Shown here piece after piece: positions 39,563 to 49,780 of a stretch of DNA of 64,000 nucleotides. The first letter of the stretch is position 1; each line of letters opens with the position of its first letter. The DNA comes from Spirochaetia bacterium (GTDB lineage Bacteria > Spirochaetota > Spirochaetia > CADAEX01). The stretch is taken from NCBI GenBank assembly GCA_963662265.2, contig CAXXHA010000015.1, forward strand, positions 1-64,000. Reading direction: 5' to 3'. The position numbers and the translations under genes are program-made. The notes under the pieces are model-generated. The model searched no databases, was not told where the DNA came from, and saw only the letters and a program-made list of their open reading frames with translations.

Positions 39563-39675
39563 GAAAAACGTCATGTTTTTCGCCTCGTTAATATCCATCC
39601 CCCCTCGTTCCTCGGGATAATAAATGGACACTCGGCATACACATGTCCCCTTGCGGGGAAAACGTCCTGTTTTTA
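39563..39675 (-). repeat. Multi-hairpin palindromic element
   Basis: On the minus strand: AAAAC-AGGAC-GTTTT, CCCC-GCAA-GGGG, CCGAGGAACGAGG inside a longer stem, GAAAAAC-ATGAC-GTTTTTC. Confidence 0.6.
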
Positions 39676-39734
39676 AAAGAGCTGCCCCGGCAAAGGGCAG
39701 CAGAAAAAGGTGAAAATATTAAAAAAGATGAGGA

Positions 39735-40850
39735 TCAGGCAAGTGCCAGCAATACTCCGGCAGCAACGGCAGAGCCGATTACCCCCGCAACATTGGGTCC
39801 CATTGCATTCATCAGGAGGAAATTCTTGGGATTCTCCTGCTGGCCGACCTTCTGTACCACTCTGGCAGCCATTGGTACAGCCGATACACCTGCTGCCCCG
39901 ATCATCGGGTTGATCTTACCGCCTGACAATACCTTCATCAGCTGCCCGAGACCTAACCCGGAAGCTGTTCCGATAGAGAAAGCTATAAGACCAAGCACAA
40001 TTATCATTATGGTCTGTACTGTAAGAAAATGCTCAGCAGACATTTTTGATCCTACAGATACGCCCAATAATATTGTCACAATGTTAATAAGCTCGTTCTG
40101 AGCTGTTTTTGAAAGTCTGTCAACCACACCGCACTCCCTGAAAAGGTTACCAAGCATAAGCATACCGAGAAGTGGAGCAGATGCAGGTATTACAAGTGCA
40201 GAAACAATACATGTTGCAACAGGGAAAATAATTTTTACCCTCTTGGAAACTTCCTTTACTTCAGACATTTCAATCTGTCTGTCTTTTTTAGTAGTAAGAG
40301 CCTTGATTATAGGAGGCTGAATAAAAGGCACTAATGCCATATATGAGTAGGCAGCTACAGCAATCGGACCTAAGAGGTGGTCTGCAAGTTTAGATGTCAG
40401 ATATATAGCTGTAGGACCGTCAGCTCCCCCGATAATAGCTATTGAACATGCTTCTGCAAAATCAAATCCAAGTGCCTTTGCACCAAGCAGAGTACCGAAA
40501 ATACCGAACTGTGCTGCAGCACCAAGCAGGAATGTCTGCGGTTTTGCAAGTAGCGGACCGAAATCAGTCATAGCACCTATACCCATGAAGATTATCGGAG
40601 GGAAAATACCCACTTTAACACCATAGTAGAAGTAGTAGAGCAGTCCGCCGTCCTCAAGAAGACCTGTCATCGGAATATTTACAAGGATTGCTCCGAATCC
40701 GATGGGAACAAGCAGAAGCGGTTCATACTGCTTTGCAATACCAAGGTATATGAGTGTACAGCCTACTGTAATCATTACAAGGTGCTGCCATGTAAGTTCA
40801 ACAAATGCTGTGCTTACAAGGAACTCGTTTATCAGATGAAAGATACCCAT
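39735..40850 (-). CDS. Na+-translocating decarboxylase beta subunit (OadB/MmdB)
   Basis: [61 protein letters not shown]. Confidence 0.97.
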   Translation of the reverse strand: MGIFHLINEFLVSTAFVELTWQHLVMITVGCTLIYLGIAKQYEPLLLVPIGFGAILVNIPMTGLLEDGGLLYYFYYGVKVGIFPPIIFMGIGAMTDFGPLLAKPQTFLLGAAAQFGIFGTLLGAKALGFDFAEACSIAIIGGADGPTAIYLTSKLADHLLGPIAVAAYSYMALVPFIQPPIIKALTTKKDRQIEMSEVKEVSKRVKIIFPVATCIVSALVIPASAPLLGMLMLGNLFRECGVVDRLSKTAQNELINIVTILLGVSVGSKMSAEHFLTVQTIMIIVLGLIAFSIGTASGLGLGQLMKVLSGGKINPMIGAAGVSAVPMAARVVQKVGQQENPKNFLLMNAMGPNVAGVIGSAVAAGVLLALA

Positions 40851-40862
40851 TCAAGTTCCCCC

Positions 40863-41294
40863 TTAAGCCAGTTTAAGTATTGGCTGGTTTTCTTTTACAC
40901 TGCTGCCCGGAGCAAGATAGATTTCCTGAACTGTTCCTGCAGTGTGTGCAAAAACCTCAATATCCATTTTCATTGCTTCCATTATTACAACAAGCTGATT
41001 AGCCTCAACAGCAGATCCTTTAGCAACTTTCACTTCTTTGATAGTACCTGTCATAGGAGCAACAAGATCGCCTGCGCCTGCTGATGGAGCTGCCGCAGGG
41101 GAAGCAGCCGGAGCTGCTGCAGGGGCTGCGGCTGCTGCTGCCGGCTTAGGCCTCAGCGCTTTTCTTTCCCCTTCAAGGAGAGTTACAGTATAGTTTTTAC
41201 CGTCTCTTGTAATTACAAGATCATCTCCCTGTCTTTCAACTTCTACATTATATTTAGTTCCCTGGAACTCAAAATTTATCTTCTTTTTCATCAT
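40863..41294 (-). CDS. Biotin carboxyl carrier subunit (MmdC-like)
   Basis: Ala/Pro linker and EAMKM biotinylation motif. Confidence 0.95.
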   Translation of the reverse strand: MMKKKINFEFQGTKYNVEVERQGDDLVITRDGKNYTVTLLEGERKALRPKPAAAAAAPAAAPAASPAAAPSAGAGDLVAPMTGTIKEVKVAKGSAVEANQLVVIMEAMKMDIEVFAHTAGTVQEIYLAPGSSVKENQPILKLA

Positions 41295-41629
41295 TATACT
41301 CCTGAGAATGTTTTCTGAACCCGTGGAGTAACAACCCAGGGATCTGATTTTTCATTTGCTGAATACTGCCATGCAAGAGCTGACCGGGGAGAATCCTCCT
41401 CTTCAAGATAAGCAGCTACTGCTGCTGTAATCCAGTCGGTATCATCAGCTTTTTCTGATTTATTATCAGAAGAGGATTCAACAACAGTTGTAGCCGGCTG
41501 TGCAGGTTTATCATCAAATAATCTCTTGATAAGAACCATAAATAAGCACAGAAATCCCAGAAAACAAAAAACTATTGTAATACCCAGAATTGCCGACAGC
41601 ACAGTATAACTATAAGCTTCTATATTCAT
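41294..41629 (-). CDS. OadG/MmdD-family membrane anchor subunit
   Basis: N-terminal TM GITIVF.FL..L, ITAAVAAY motif, operon position. Confidence 0.88.
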   Translation of the reverse strand: MNIEAYSYTVLSAILGITIVFCFLGFLCLFMVLIKRLFDDKPAQPATTVVESSSDNKSEKADDTDWITAAVAAYLEEEDSPRSALAWQYSANEKSDPWVVTPRVQKTFSGV

Positions 41630-41646
41630 TATCCATCTCCGCTTTT

Positions 41647-43197
41647 TTAAAGAGGTACATTTCCATGCTTTTTAGCAGGTCTGTCTTCTCTCTTTCTCTG
41701 GTGCATTTCAAGTGATCTTATAAGTTCAATTCTTGTGTATTTAGGATCAATTACATCATCTACATAACCGTAACCTGCAGCAATGAAAGGATTCATTACC
41801 TCCTGTCTGAACTCATCAATCTTCTCCTGTCTCTTGGCAGCAGGATCATCAGCTTCATTGATATCTCTTCTGAAGATAACATTAGCAGCACCTTCAGCAC
41901 CCATAACAGCGATTTCTGATGTAGGATAAGCAAGTGTTCTGTCATATCCGAGCTGCTTTGCAGACATTGCAATAAATGCTCCGCCGTAAGATTTTCTGAT
42001 AATAAGTGAAATCTTGGGAACTGTAGCTTCAGCCATTGCATAAAGGATTTTAGCACCGTGTCTGATAATACCGCCATGCTCCTGGGAAACCCCTGGAAGG
42101 AATCCGGGTACATCGACGAGAGAAATGAGAGGAATATTGAAAGCATCACAGAACCTGATAAATCTTGCACCCTTGTCAGATGAGTTTATATCAAGAGCTG
42201 CTGCAAAAACCTTGGGCTGGTTCGCGAAAATACCGACTGTTCTGCCGTTAAGTCTTGCAAATCCAACTACAATATTCTTGGCATAATCCTCATGTACTTC
42301 GAAGAAACTTGCTTCATCAAAAACTTCATTTATAAAATCCTTGATATCATAAGCCTTGTTTGATTCTTCAGGAAGAAGATCATAAAGGCCTTCAGTTTCC
42401 CTGTCTACAGGATCGTTAGTAGGAACAACAGGAGGCATTTCCATATTATTTGAAGGAAGATAGCTTAAGAGTTTTCTAACACCCTCAATACATGCTTCTT
42501 CATCAGGATATCTGAAATGAGCAACACCGCTTTTTGCGCAGTGAGCAGCAGCACCGCCGAGTTCAGCATGACTGATCTCTTCCCCTGTTACAGCCTTGAT
42601 TACATCAGGACCTGTAATATACATGTTACTGATACCATCAACCATGAAGATAAAGTCAGTAATAGCAGGTGAGTAAACAGCACCGCCGGCGCAGGGACCC
42701 AGGATTACAGAAATCTGGGGTATAACGCCTGAAGAAATTGTATTGTTTCTGAAGATTTTACCGTATCCGCCGAGTGAAAGAATACCTTCCTGTATTCTTG
42801 CTCCGCCAGAGTCATTTACCTGAATAAAAGGTGTACCGTTCTGAAGTGCAAGAGCCTGAGCTGCTGCAATTCTTTCAGCGTGCATTTCACCAAGAGAACC
42901 GCCGAGTACTGTAAAATCCTGTGAAGAGAAAAAAACCTGTTTTTCGCCGATTTTTCCACTTCCTGTTACAACGCCGTCTCCGGCAAATTTTTTCTTATCA
43001 AGACCAAAATTACCTGCACGTCCGGTAATGTATGTTCCGTCTTCAACAAAAGAACCTTCTTCTACAAGCAGATTTATTCTTTCCCTTGCAGACATTTTTC
43101 CTTTTTCATGCTGAGCAGCAATTCTTGCTTCTCCTCCGCCAGCCATGGCTTTTGCCTGCATATCTTTAAATCGCTGCATTGCTTCCTTATTACCCAC
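41647..43197 (-). CDS. Acyl-CoA carboxyltransferase (methylmalonyl-CoA decarboxylase alpha subunit-like)
   Basis: GKMSARERI, GDGVVTG, DSGGARIQEG, GGAVYSPA, DVPGFLPG, KHGNVPL; GGAGG RBS before GTG. Confidence 0.95.
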   Translation of the reverse strand: MGNKEAMQRFKDMQAKAMAGGGEARIAAQHEKGKMSARERINLLVEEGSFVEDGTYITGRAGNFGLDKKKFAGDGVVTGSGKIGEKQVFFSSQDFTVLGGSLGEMHAERIAAAQALALQNGTPFIQVNDSGGARIQEGILSLGGYGKIFRNNTISSGVIPQISVILGPCAGGAVYSPAITDFIFMVDGISNMYITGPDVIKAVTGEEISHAELGGAAAHCAKSGVAHFRYPDEEACIEGVRKLLSYLPSNNMEMPPVVPTNDPVDRETEGLYDLLPEESNKAYDIKDFINEVFDEASFFEVHEDYAKNIVVGFARLNGRTVGIFANQPKVFAAALDINSSDKGARFIRFCDAFNIPLISLVDVPGFLPGVSQEHGGIIRHGAKILYAMAEATVPKISLIIRKSYGGAFIAMSAKQLGYDRTLAYPTSEIAVMGAEGAANVIFRRDINEADDPAAKRQEKIDEFRQEVMNPFIAAGYGYVDDVIDPKYTRIELIRSLEMHQRKREDRPAKKHGNVPL

Positions 43198-43733
43198 TTC
43201 AACCTCCTGTTAGGTACTACAACACAAAACATTGTTTTATTCATGTCAGAAAAAAAATATTCAAATTATTACAACACAAATATATAGATTTATCCAGATC
43301 ATTTAAATCACAAAAACCATTATTTCAAATAATTTTTTTTATATTTTGGATAACCTGAGGTTAGGATTTGAATTATCTTAATATCTGACAATATAATCAA
43401 TGATCTTTTGTCAGATATTCAGGCATTTTGATGAGAAATATTTATTTTTCCCTGTTTTTTTGACATCATCGATTTTTTTTCATTGAAAAACCCGATTATA
43501 TCCGGGAGTCATTAAAATTGAGGTTGAAAAGTTGTCACCATTTTATTTATTCATAAAATCGAGACATAAAAAATAATCAATAATAAAACAGAGGAGACAA
43601 GACAAGTCTTTTTTACATACAGAATTTGTTTCTCATTAAAATATTCATTACAAAAGTCAAACAATATGATAAACAGGAATTATTAACTTTTTTTTCTGCA
43701 AACCGGATTTTATATAACTTTAAGAATAATAAA

Positions 43734-44573
43734 TCAGCCGTAATTTGTCCTGAAATCTTCAATAAGTTTCCGGCTGATACTTCCGTGAGGAGGGATTTCA
43801 GGCATTTCATCCTTGCCGTACCAGTCTGCATGACCTATCTCAACATCATCGACAATTATTTCACCTGATTCATGTTCTGCTGTAAACCCGAGCATAAGCG
43901 AATGTGGAAAAGGCCATCCCTGGCTTCCGAAATACTTTATATTTTTAACTCTTATACCCACTTCCTCGAAAATTTCCCGCCTTACTGTCTCTTCAAGCGA
44001 CTCGCCTGCTTCGACAAATCCGGCAAGTATACTGTACCTGCTCCTTCTCGGGAATCTTTTATTCTGAGCCAGAAGAAGCTTCTGACCTTTTCTGACTGCG
44101 ACAATAACAGCGGGGGAAATCACAGGGTAATGGATCTGGGAACATTCACTGCATATTTTAGCCCTCTCAGTATCGGAGAATTTGAGTCTTCCGCCGCAAG
44201 AAGGGCAGAGCTTCCAGGTGGAATGCCAGTTCTTGATATGAAGGGCTCTGAGAGCGAGGGCAAAGAAATCTTCACCGGCAAAGGGAAGCCACTCCCTTAT
44301 ATTTCTGTATTCATGTTCTGCCATTCCGCAGCAGTTGTTAAGAGGTTCCTCTTCATCAGATGCTTCACAGACAAAAAGATTTTTACCGTCAAGCTTTCCG
44401 AGATAGATATCAGAGCCTTCCAGAATTTTAATACCGATTTCTTCAGGATGCCTGATAAGGGGAAGGCTGAAATTTTCATTGCCTCCCGGAAGGAGAAGAC
44501 TGGCATTCCTGTAGACAAACCAGTATCCTTTCTCCTCTTTGCTGCTGCACACTATTCCGCTTTCAAAAATCAT
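43734..44573 (-). CDS. nudC: NAD(+)/NADH diphosphatase
   Basis: CPSCG...CSEC zinc ribbon, Nudix box AGFVEAGESLEETVRREIFEEVG, SQGWPFPHS signature. Confidence 0.95.
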   Translation of the reverse strand: MIFESGIVCSSKEEKGYWFVYRNASLLLPGGNENFSLPLIRHPEEIGIKILEGSDIYLGKLDGKNLFVCEASDEEEPLNNCCGMAEHEYRNIREWLPFAGEDFFALALRALHIKNWHSTWKLCPSCGGRLKFSDTERAKICSECSQIHYPVISPAVIVAVRKGQKLLLAQNKRFPRRSRYSILAGFVEAGESLEETVRREIFEEVGIRVKNIKYFGSQGWPFPHSLMLGFTAEHESGEIIVDDVEIGHADWYGKDEMPEIPPHGSISRKLIEDFRTNYG

Positions 44574-44833
44574 CTTAACCTCTTCTCCCCGGCAAAAGTA
44601 TATCTTCCCTGCCGCTGCTGTTTTTTTATATTATTCAAAATTATTCACATATGTATTTTATATATATGTGATTTCAGGCACACAGCTTTTTTACTGCTTT
44701 TAAAACATATCAGAAAATTACCGGAAAACCGGTAACTTGCAATAATACATAATCAGTATTCCATCCGGTCATACAACCTGTATATCCCCGAAAAGACACT
44801 ATTCGGGAACAGCAAAAAAATAACTGCTCCTTA

Positions 44834-45901
44834 TCAGCACTCCCGGCTTTTTTCCTTTTCAAGAACTGAAACCATTGCCTGAAGCACCTCGACAGCATCT
44901 CCTGTCACAGCCACATCAGCAATCTTCATGATAGGGGCATCAGGGTCCCTGTTGACTGCAACAATGTATTCACATGACTGCATACCTACAAGATGCTGTA
45001 TCTGACCCGAAATTCCGCATGCAATATAACACTTAGCCTGTACAGTCTGGCCGGTCTGCCCTATCTGATATGAATAGGGGACCCAGCCTGCATCGACAGC
45101 GCCGCGGCTTGCAGCAGGGGCGCCTCCTGCAAGGGAAGCAAACTTTTCAAGAACTTTGAAGTTCTCAGCATTCCCCATGCCCCTTCCTCCGGAAATTATA
45201 AATTCAGATTCCGCAATTGAATGGACAGATCCGGATCTCTTCTCAGAAGAGAGAATCTTCTTTAAAAGTGCATATTCAGAATCAACAGGTGCTTCAGTTG
45301 TTATTTCAGGACCTTTATATTCCGCACCATTATTCATCTTATCGATAATAAAATTTTTCATCACTCCGGGCCTTACAGTTGCCATCTGCGGCCTGTGCTT
45401 CTCACTTTTGATAGTGGCAATTATGTTGCCGCCGAATGCCGGGCGGGTCTGAAGAAGGTTCCCGCTTCCCTTTTCAATATCAAGAGATGTACAGTCTGCA
45501 GTAAGACCTGCATCAGACAGGACTGCAACACGGGGAGCAAGAGACCTGCCGTGTGCGGTTGCAGAAAAAAGAACTGTCTCCGGTTTATACTTATCAATCA
45601 GCCGCTTTATAAGGGCGGATTCAGCCTCATCATGGAATCCTGAAAATTTCGTATCATCAGCAACTATCACCCTGTCTGCATAGAAAAACTCACTGCTGTA
45701 ATCGGCCTTTCCTCCGAGATCACCAGCAACAATAATCCAGAGTTCTGAGCCCCGTATATCTGCAAGCAGCCTCCCCTTTCCCGCAATCTCATGGGTAACA
45801 GGGTTTATTGCACAATTTCCTGAAACTCCCCTGCTGTCTGTTTCCGCGACAACCCATATGTTCCTGTAACTGCTGTAATCTTCCGGATTAATTATTTTCA
45901 A
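44834..45901 (-). CDS. etfA: Electron transfer flavoprotein alpha subunit
   Basis: GLTADCT, QTRPAFGG, PQMATVRPG, SGGRG, QIGQTG, GISGQIQH. Confidence 0.95.
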   Translation of the reverse strand: MKIINPEDYSSYRNIWVVAETDSRGVSGNCAINPVTHEIAGKGRLLADIRGSELWIIVAGDLGGKADYSSEFFYADRVIVADDTKFSGFHDEAESALIKRLIDKYKPETVLFSATAHGRSLAPRVAVLSDAGLTADCTSLDIEKGSGNLLQTRPAFGGNIIATIKSEKHRPQMATVRPGVMKNFIIDKMNNGAEYKGPEITTEAPVDSEYALLKKILSSEKRSGSVHSIAESEFIISGGRGMGNAENFKVLEKFASLAGGAPAASRGAVDAGWVPYSYQIGQTGQTVQAKCYIACGISGQIQHLVGMQSCEYIVAVNRDPDAPIMKIADVAVTGDAVEVLQAMVSVLEKEKSREC

Positions 45902-45921
45902 CTTAAAGACTCCTCAAATAG

Positions 45922-46710
45922 CTACTCAATTATCATTTTTTCCTTAAGAAAATCCATTATCTTCAAAGATACAGTTTCTGTATCACCTTCAATCTTCATA
46001 ATATTATTGTCCCTCGGGGGGGGGAGAGCTGTCTTTACAACCCTTGTAGGTGAACCGTCAAGACCTATAAGTGATTCATCACAGTCAATTGAATCAAAAT
46101 CCCATATATCAATATTCCTGTTTCTTGCGGCAAGCATCCCTTTGAGTGTTTTAAGACGAGGCTTATTAATATCTTTCACAACAGTTATTACAGCCGGCAT
46201 TTCAAGGACAACCCGGTCGCTGCCATGCTCATCCATCCTCTCTGCAGTAAAAATCCCATCTTTCTCATCAAGAGAAGAAACATACGCCGCCTGGCTCCAT
46301 CCAAGGTGAGCAGCTATACCGGGACCTACCTGTGCAGTATCTCCGTCAATAGCCTGCTTTCCGCAGATAACAAGATCAACACTGCCGATTTTCCTGACAG
46401 CTTCTGAAAGGATGTAACTTGTAGACCATGTATCAGAACCTCCGAACTTCCTGTCGGAAAGAAGGATTGCCCTGTCGGCGGAAAGAGAAAGAGCATCTTT
46501 AAGTATTTTCCCGGCCTTTGAAGGCCCCATGGAAAGAGCTGTAACAGTACCACCGAATTTTTCCCTCAGGAGAAGAGCCTCTTCAAGCGCATATGAATCA
46601 TATGGATTTATTACAGATTCAATCCCCTCTCTTTTCAGCCTCTTGGTTACTGGATCAATGGATCCGCTGCTCCCAGCCGGGACCTGTTTCATGCAGACAA
46701 CTATATTCAT
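45922..46710 (-). CDS. etfB: Electron transfer flavoprotein beta subunit
   Basis: VCMKQVP, INPYD, SMGP, GSDT, AIDGDTAQVGP, GLDGSPT. Confidence 0.96.
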   Translation of the reverse strand: MNIVVCMKQVPAGSSGSIDPVTKRLKREGIESVINPYDSYALEEALLLREKFGGTVTALSMGPSKAGKILKDALSLSADRAILLSDRKFGGSDTWSTSYILSEAVRKIGSVDLVICGKQAIDGDTAQVGPGIAAHLGWSQAAYVSSLDEKDGIFTAERMDEHGSDRVVLEMPAVITVVKDINKPRLKTLKGMLAARNRNIDIWDFDSIDCDESLIGLDGSPTRVVKTALPPPRDNNIMKIEGDTETVSLKIMDFLKEKMIIE

Positions 46711-46988
46711 GGGTCAATAATAATGTTATTGGATTTTTATCTCAAGGAGTCTGGATGTAAATAGGAATTAATATTGGCTTTTTCAAGTTCAATGCTGTGA
46801 TACAAATCCTGCTGCCTGATAATAAAATGGAAGGGATATTACAGATTTAATCAGTAAGAAAACGGCAGGAAATTTAATAAAAATTTAAGCAGAGAGAATA
46901 TCCAGAAGAAAATAATTATTGATAAACAGGGGAACTTGCAATAAAGAACCTGTTTTACCATCTGCTGAGGCGGTTTTTAAGCTGTTTA

Positions 46989-48098
46989 TCAAAGATACTG
47001 CTTGTAATCAAATTTCCCGGGAATAAACAGATCACTCACGCAGTCTATAGCATAGTCATCAGTCATCCCCGCAATATAGTCAAGAACAATATTTGCATTT
47101 GATTTTTCCTTTTCAGTGTAAAAATCCTTCATTTTAAAAAGAAAATCCCCAAAACGGTCCATCAGCATATTCTTCTCATCTTTATACCGGTCAGTATCAA
47201 AGCCATACTTGTCAAAGGTTTCTGAAAGATAATTCCACAGAGTCCTGATAATTCTTTCTATAAACTGGTGATACTTTATAAGCGGATTGCTGTTATAGAT
47301 ATTGGCATAATTGAATTTCTTGAGTGTAAGCATTGCCTCATAGACATCATCTGAAAAACCGACAATCCCCTCTTTTTCCGCAAACGCTATGACATCCCTT
47401 ACAAGGGTATCAATCATCTCGCTGTTTCTTTTGCCCAGAACTCTGGTAACAACAGGTGGAATATCTTCCCGTTTTACAATCTTCAGATGTATGGCATCTT
47501 CAAGATCCCTTCCAAGGTATGCAATCCTGTCGCTCGCCCTTACAACAATACCTTCCCATGTTGAAGGATAATTCATCCTCCCCTCAAGATAGGATAATTT
47601 CTTGACCTTGAAATCAGGTTCATAAACCTTTTCAAAGACCTCTCCACAGTGATTGAGAATACCATCCCTTACCGCATATGTAAGGTTAAGCCCCCTGCCG
47701 TAGTTTATGAGACTGTCAACAACCCGGAGGGAATACCCCTCATGCCTGAAACCTCCCTGATCTGCCATGATTTCAGATACTATATGCTCACCTGTATGGC
47801 CGAAAGGGGTGTGCCCTAGATCATGCCCGAGGCTTATTGCCCATGCAAGGTCAGGGTCAAGAGAAAGAGCCTTGCAGATTGTCACAGACACTGTTGCCAC
47901 ATGCATTACATGCTCAATTCTTGTGCAGATATGGTCATTTTTTGGGGAAAAGAAGACCTGGGTCTTATGCTTGAGTCTCCTGTAGGGATAGGAGTGTATA
48001 ATTGCAGTGATATCCCTGAAGAAATACCCCCTCATATCCTCAGTCCTGGGATATTCCCTTCTTACAAGTTCATCCATTGAGAGTCTGTTTTCAAGCAT
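46989..48098 (-). CDS. Deoxyguanosinetriphosphate triphosphohydrolase-like HD protein
   Basis: RRLKHKTQVF, TRIEH, GHDLGHTPFGHTGE, DYIAGMTD. Confidence 0.93.
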   Translation of the reverse strand: MLENRLSMDELVRREYPRTEDMRGYFFRDITAIIHSYPYRRLKHKTQVFFSPKNDHICTRIEHVMHVATVSVTICKALSLDPDLAWAISLGHDLGHTPFGHTGEHIVSEIMADQGGFRHEGYSLRVVDSLINYGRGLNLTYAVRDGILNHCGEVFEKVYEPDFKVKKLSYLEGRMNYPSTWEGIVVRASDRIAYLGRDLEDAIHLKIVKREDIPPVVTRVLGKRNSEMIDTLVRDVIAFAEKEGIVGFSDDVYEAMLTLKKFNYANIYNSNPLIKYHQFIERIIRTLWNYLSETFDKYGFDTDRYKDEKNMLMDRFGDFLFKMKDFYTEKEKSNANIVLDYIAGMTDDYAIDCVSDLFIPGKFDYKQYL

Positions 48099-48379
48099 AT
48101 TACTATCCCCCTGTTATAATAAAATATAACACATATACTGCGACATCTGAAATTTAAATAGGTTTTAAAAATATCTACCTGATATAACATAATTCATACT
48201 TTGCAACTTCAGATATTAAGAATGATTATATATCATAAATGTATTAAGCTTATTTAACTGATAAAATACAGCTGAAATAGATATTATGACTTTTGTATTC
48301 AGATAAGAAAAAAGGTATTCCGCATGAATTCACACAGAATACCCTTTTATATATCAGTTTTTAATTGTCTTTTTTCAGT

Positions 48380-49468
48380 TTAGAGAGTAAGCGCTCCTGT
48401 TATACCGATGTTATTGGCAAACCCTGTTCCGTCGAAGTAGTATGTGAACGGTATATCAATCTTAAGCGGGCCGAGAGCGAAGCCTAGTCCAAACATTGCC
48501 CTGAGCTTGATAAAGTCAACGCTGCCTGAGCCTTCGTCGATAGCTACTTTTACTGAGCCAGGAGTAGTTTCTACAGTACCTGGTAATGCTGGATTAATAT
48601 TAGTAATATAAGTATTTCCATCAGCACTCAATGCAATTTCAGAACTGCTTGCAAGATTAAGATCAGCACCGAGACCGAAGTTGAGGTTTGCTATCCAGAG
48701 AAGCCTGATACCGGATAAAATATCAATCGGCATCTTGAGCCCGCTGGATGTGATTTCAGCATTAAGAGTCGGATCAAGTACAAGTGTAGCATCTCCGGGA
48801 TTAACAATTGTGATAGAAGATTTTTGCTCAGGAACATCAATTGTCATATCAGCAGTTGAATTGTAATAGATAAAACCAGATCCAACCTGAAGACCTCTCC
48901 ACTTGATAACGCCTATAGAAAAAGGATCTACAAGCTGGTAGTTTGCAAGGAGTCCGAAGTTGAATGAATCATATTTTATATCATCTGTATCTACACTGAA
49001 TTTACCAACCTTCGCAGAAAGGAAAAGCCCATCAAGGAGAAAGCTTGAATTAAGCCCCACACTAAGAGTAAGCGCCTGGAGTCCTGCCCCAAAATATGTA
49101 TCTCCCTCACTTTCAAGCTGGGATACATAATCTCCTATTGCATCAAGACTTGAACCGGGAGCCTGAAAACCAACCATTGTACCAACAGCAATGGTAAGGA
49201 ATTTGTATCCCATAAGCCCTCTCTGGTTGGCACCGTCTGCAGCGTAGGATGCAGCATTGCCGAAAGCTTCTGCCGCCTTATCCATGTTATCAAATTTTGA
49301 GAGATCTGTTTCTGCCTGAGTAATAAGTGGTGTAAGAAGCGCATCTATTCCAGCAACGGGTGTACTATTATAAGTCAGTGTTGGAGCTGTAGCAGTCACA
49401 TCCGCAGCAAATACACCGGCTGAACCTATAAACAGAAGAGCCATTAAAATAATTAAAAACCTTTTCAT
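48380..49468 (-). CDS. Exported, probable outer-membrane protein (Lsa36-like)
   Basis: GGAGG RBS before ATG 49468; signal peptide ending VFA; beta-strand-rich alternating pattern; family assignment is from recall only. Confidence 0.6.
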   Translation of the reverse strand: MKRFLIILMALLFIGSAGVFAADVTATAPTLTYNSTPVAGIDALLTPLITQAETDLSKFDNMDKAAEAFGNAASYAADGANQRGLMGYKFLTIAVGTMVGFQAPGSSLDAIGDYVSQLESEGDTYFGAGLQALTLSVGLNSSFLLDGLFLSAKVGKFSVDTDDIKYDSFNFGLLANYQLVDPFSIGVIKWRGLQVGSGFIYYNSTADMTIDVPEQKSSITIVNPGDATLVLDPTLNAEITSSGLKMPIDILSGIRLLWIANLNFGLGADLNLASSSEIALSADGNTYITNINPALPGTVETTPGSVKVAIDEGSGSVDFIKLRAMFGLGFALGPLKIDIPFTYYFDGTGFANNIGITGALTL

Positions 49469-49780
49469 TATAAAATCCTCCAAATAAAGATGAGGCATAA
49501 TGCCTCACGATTTCAGTGAAAACAAGTGACAGAACCAGCAATATGCACCTGTATGTCTAATAATAAGGTATTATACCCTATAAAACAAATTTTTCCACAT
49601 TTAGTTACGTGAAAGATGCTTTTGAACCGGCTTTTTTTGTGCGGTGATATTGAAACAGGGTCGATAATATATATACTGATTGCATATCTGCCGGGAAATC
49701 AGCATTTTAATCAAATCACTGAAAACGGCAGGAACAGATGTCAGTGCCTTTTTATATTATAATTTGAAACGGAGTGCAGT

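Noticed and set aside
41085-41150. Low-complexity GC-rich repeat
   Set aside because: Encodes the normal Ala/Pro linker of the biotin carrier subunit.
43872-44735. 287-aa + strand ORF
   Set aside because: Antisense to nudC, which carries all the family motifs; no recognisable domain of its own.
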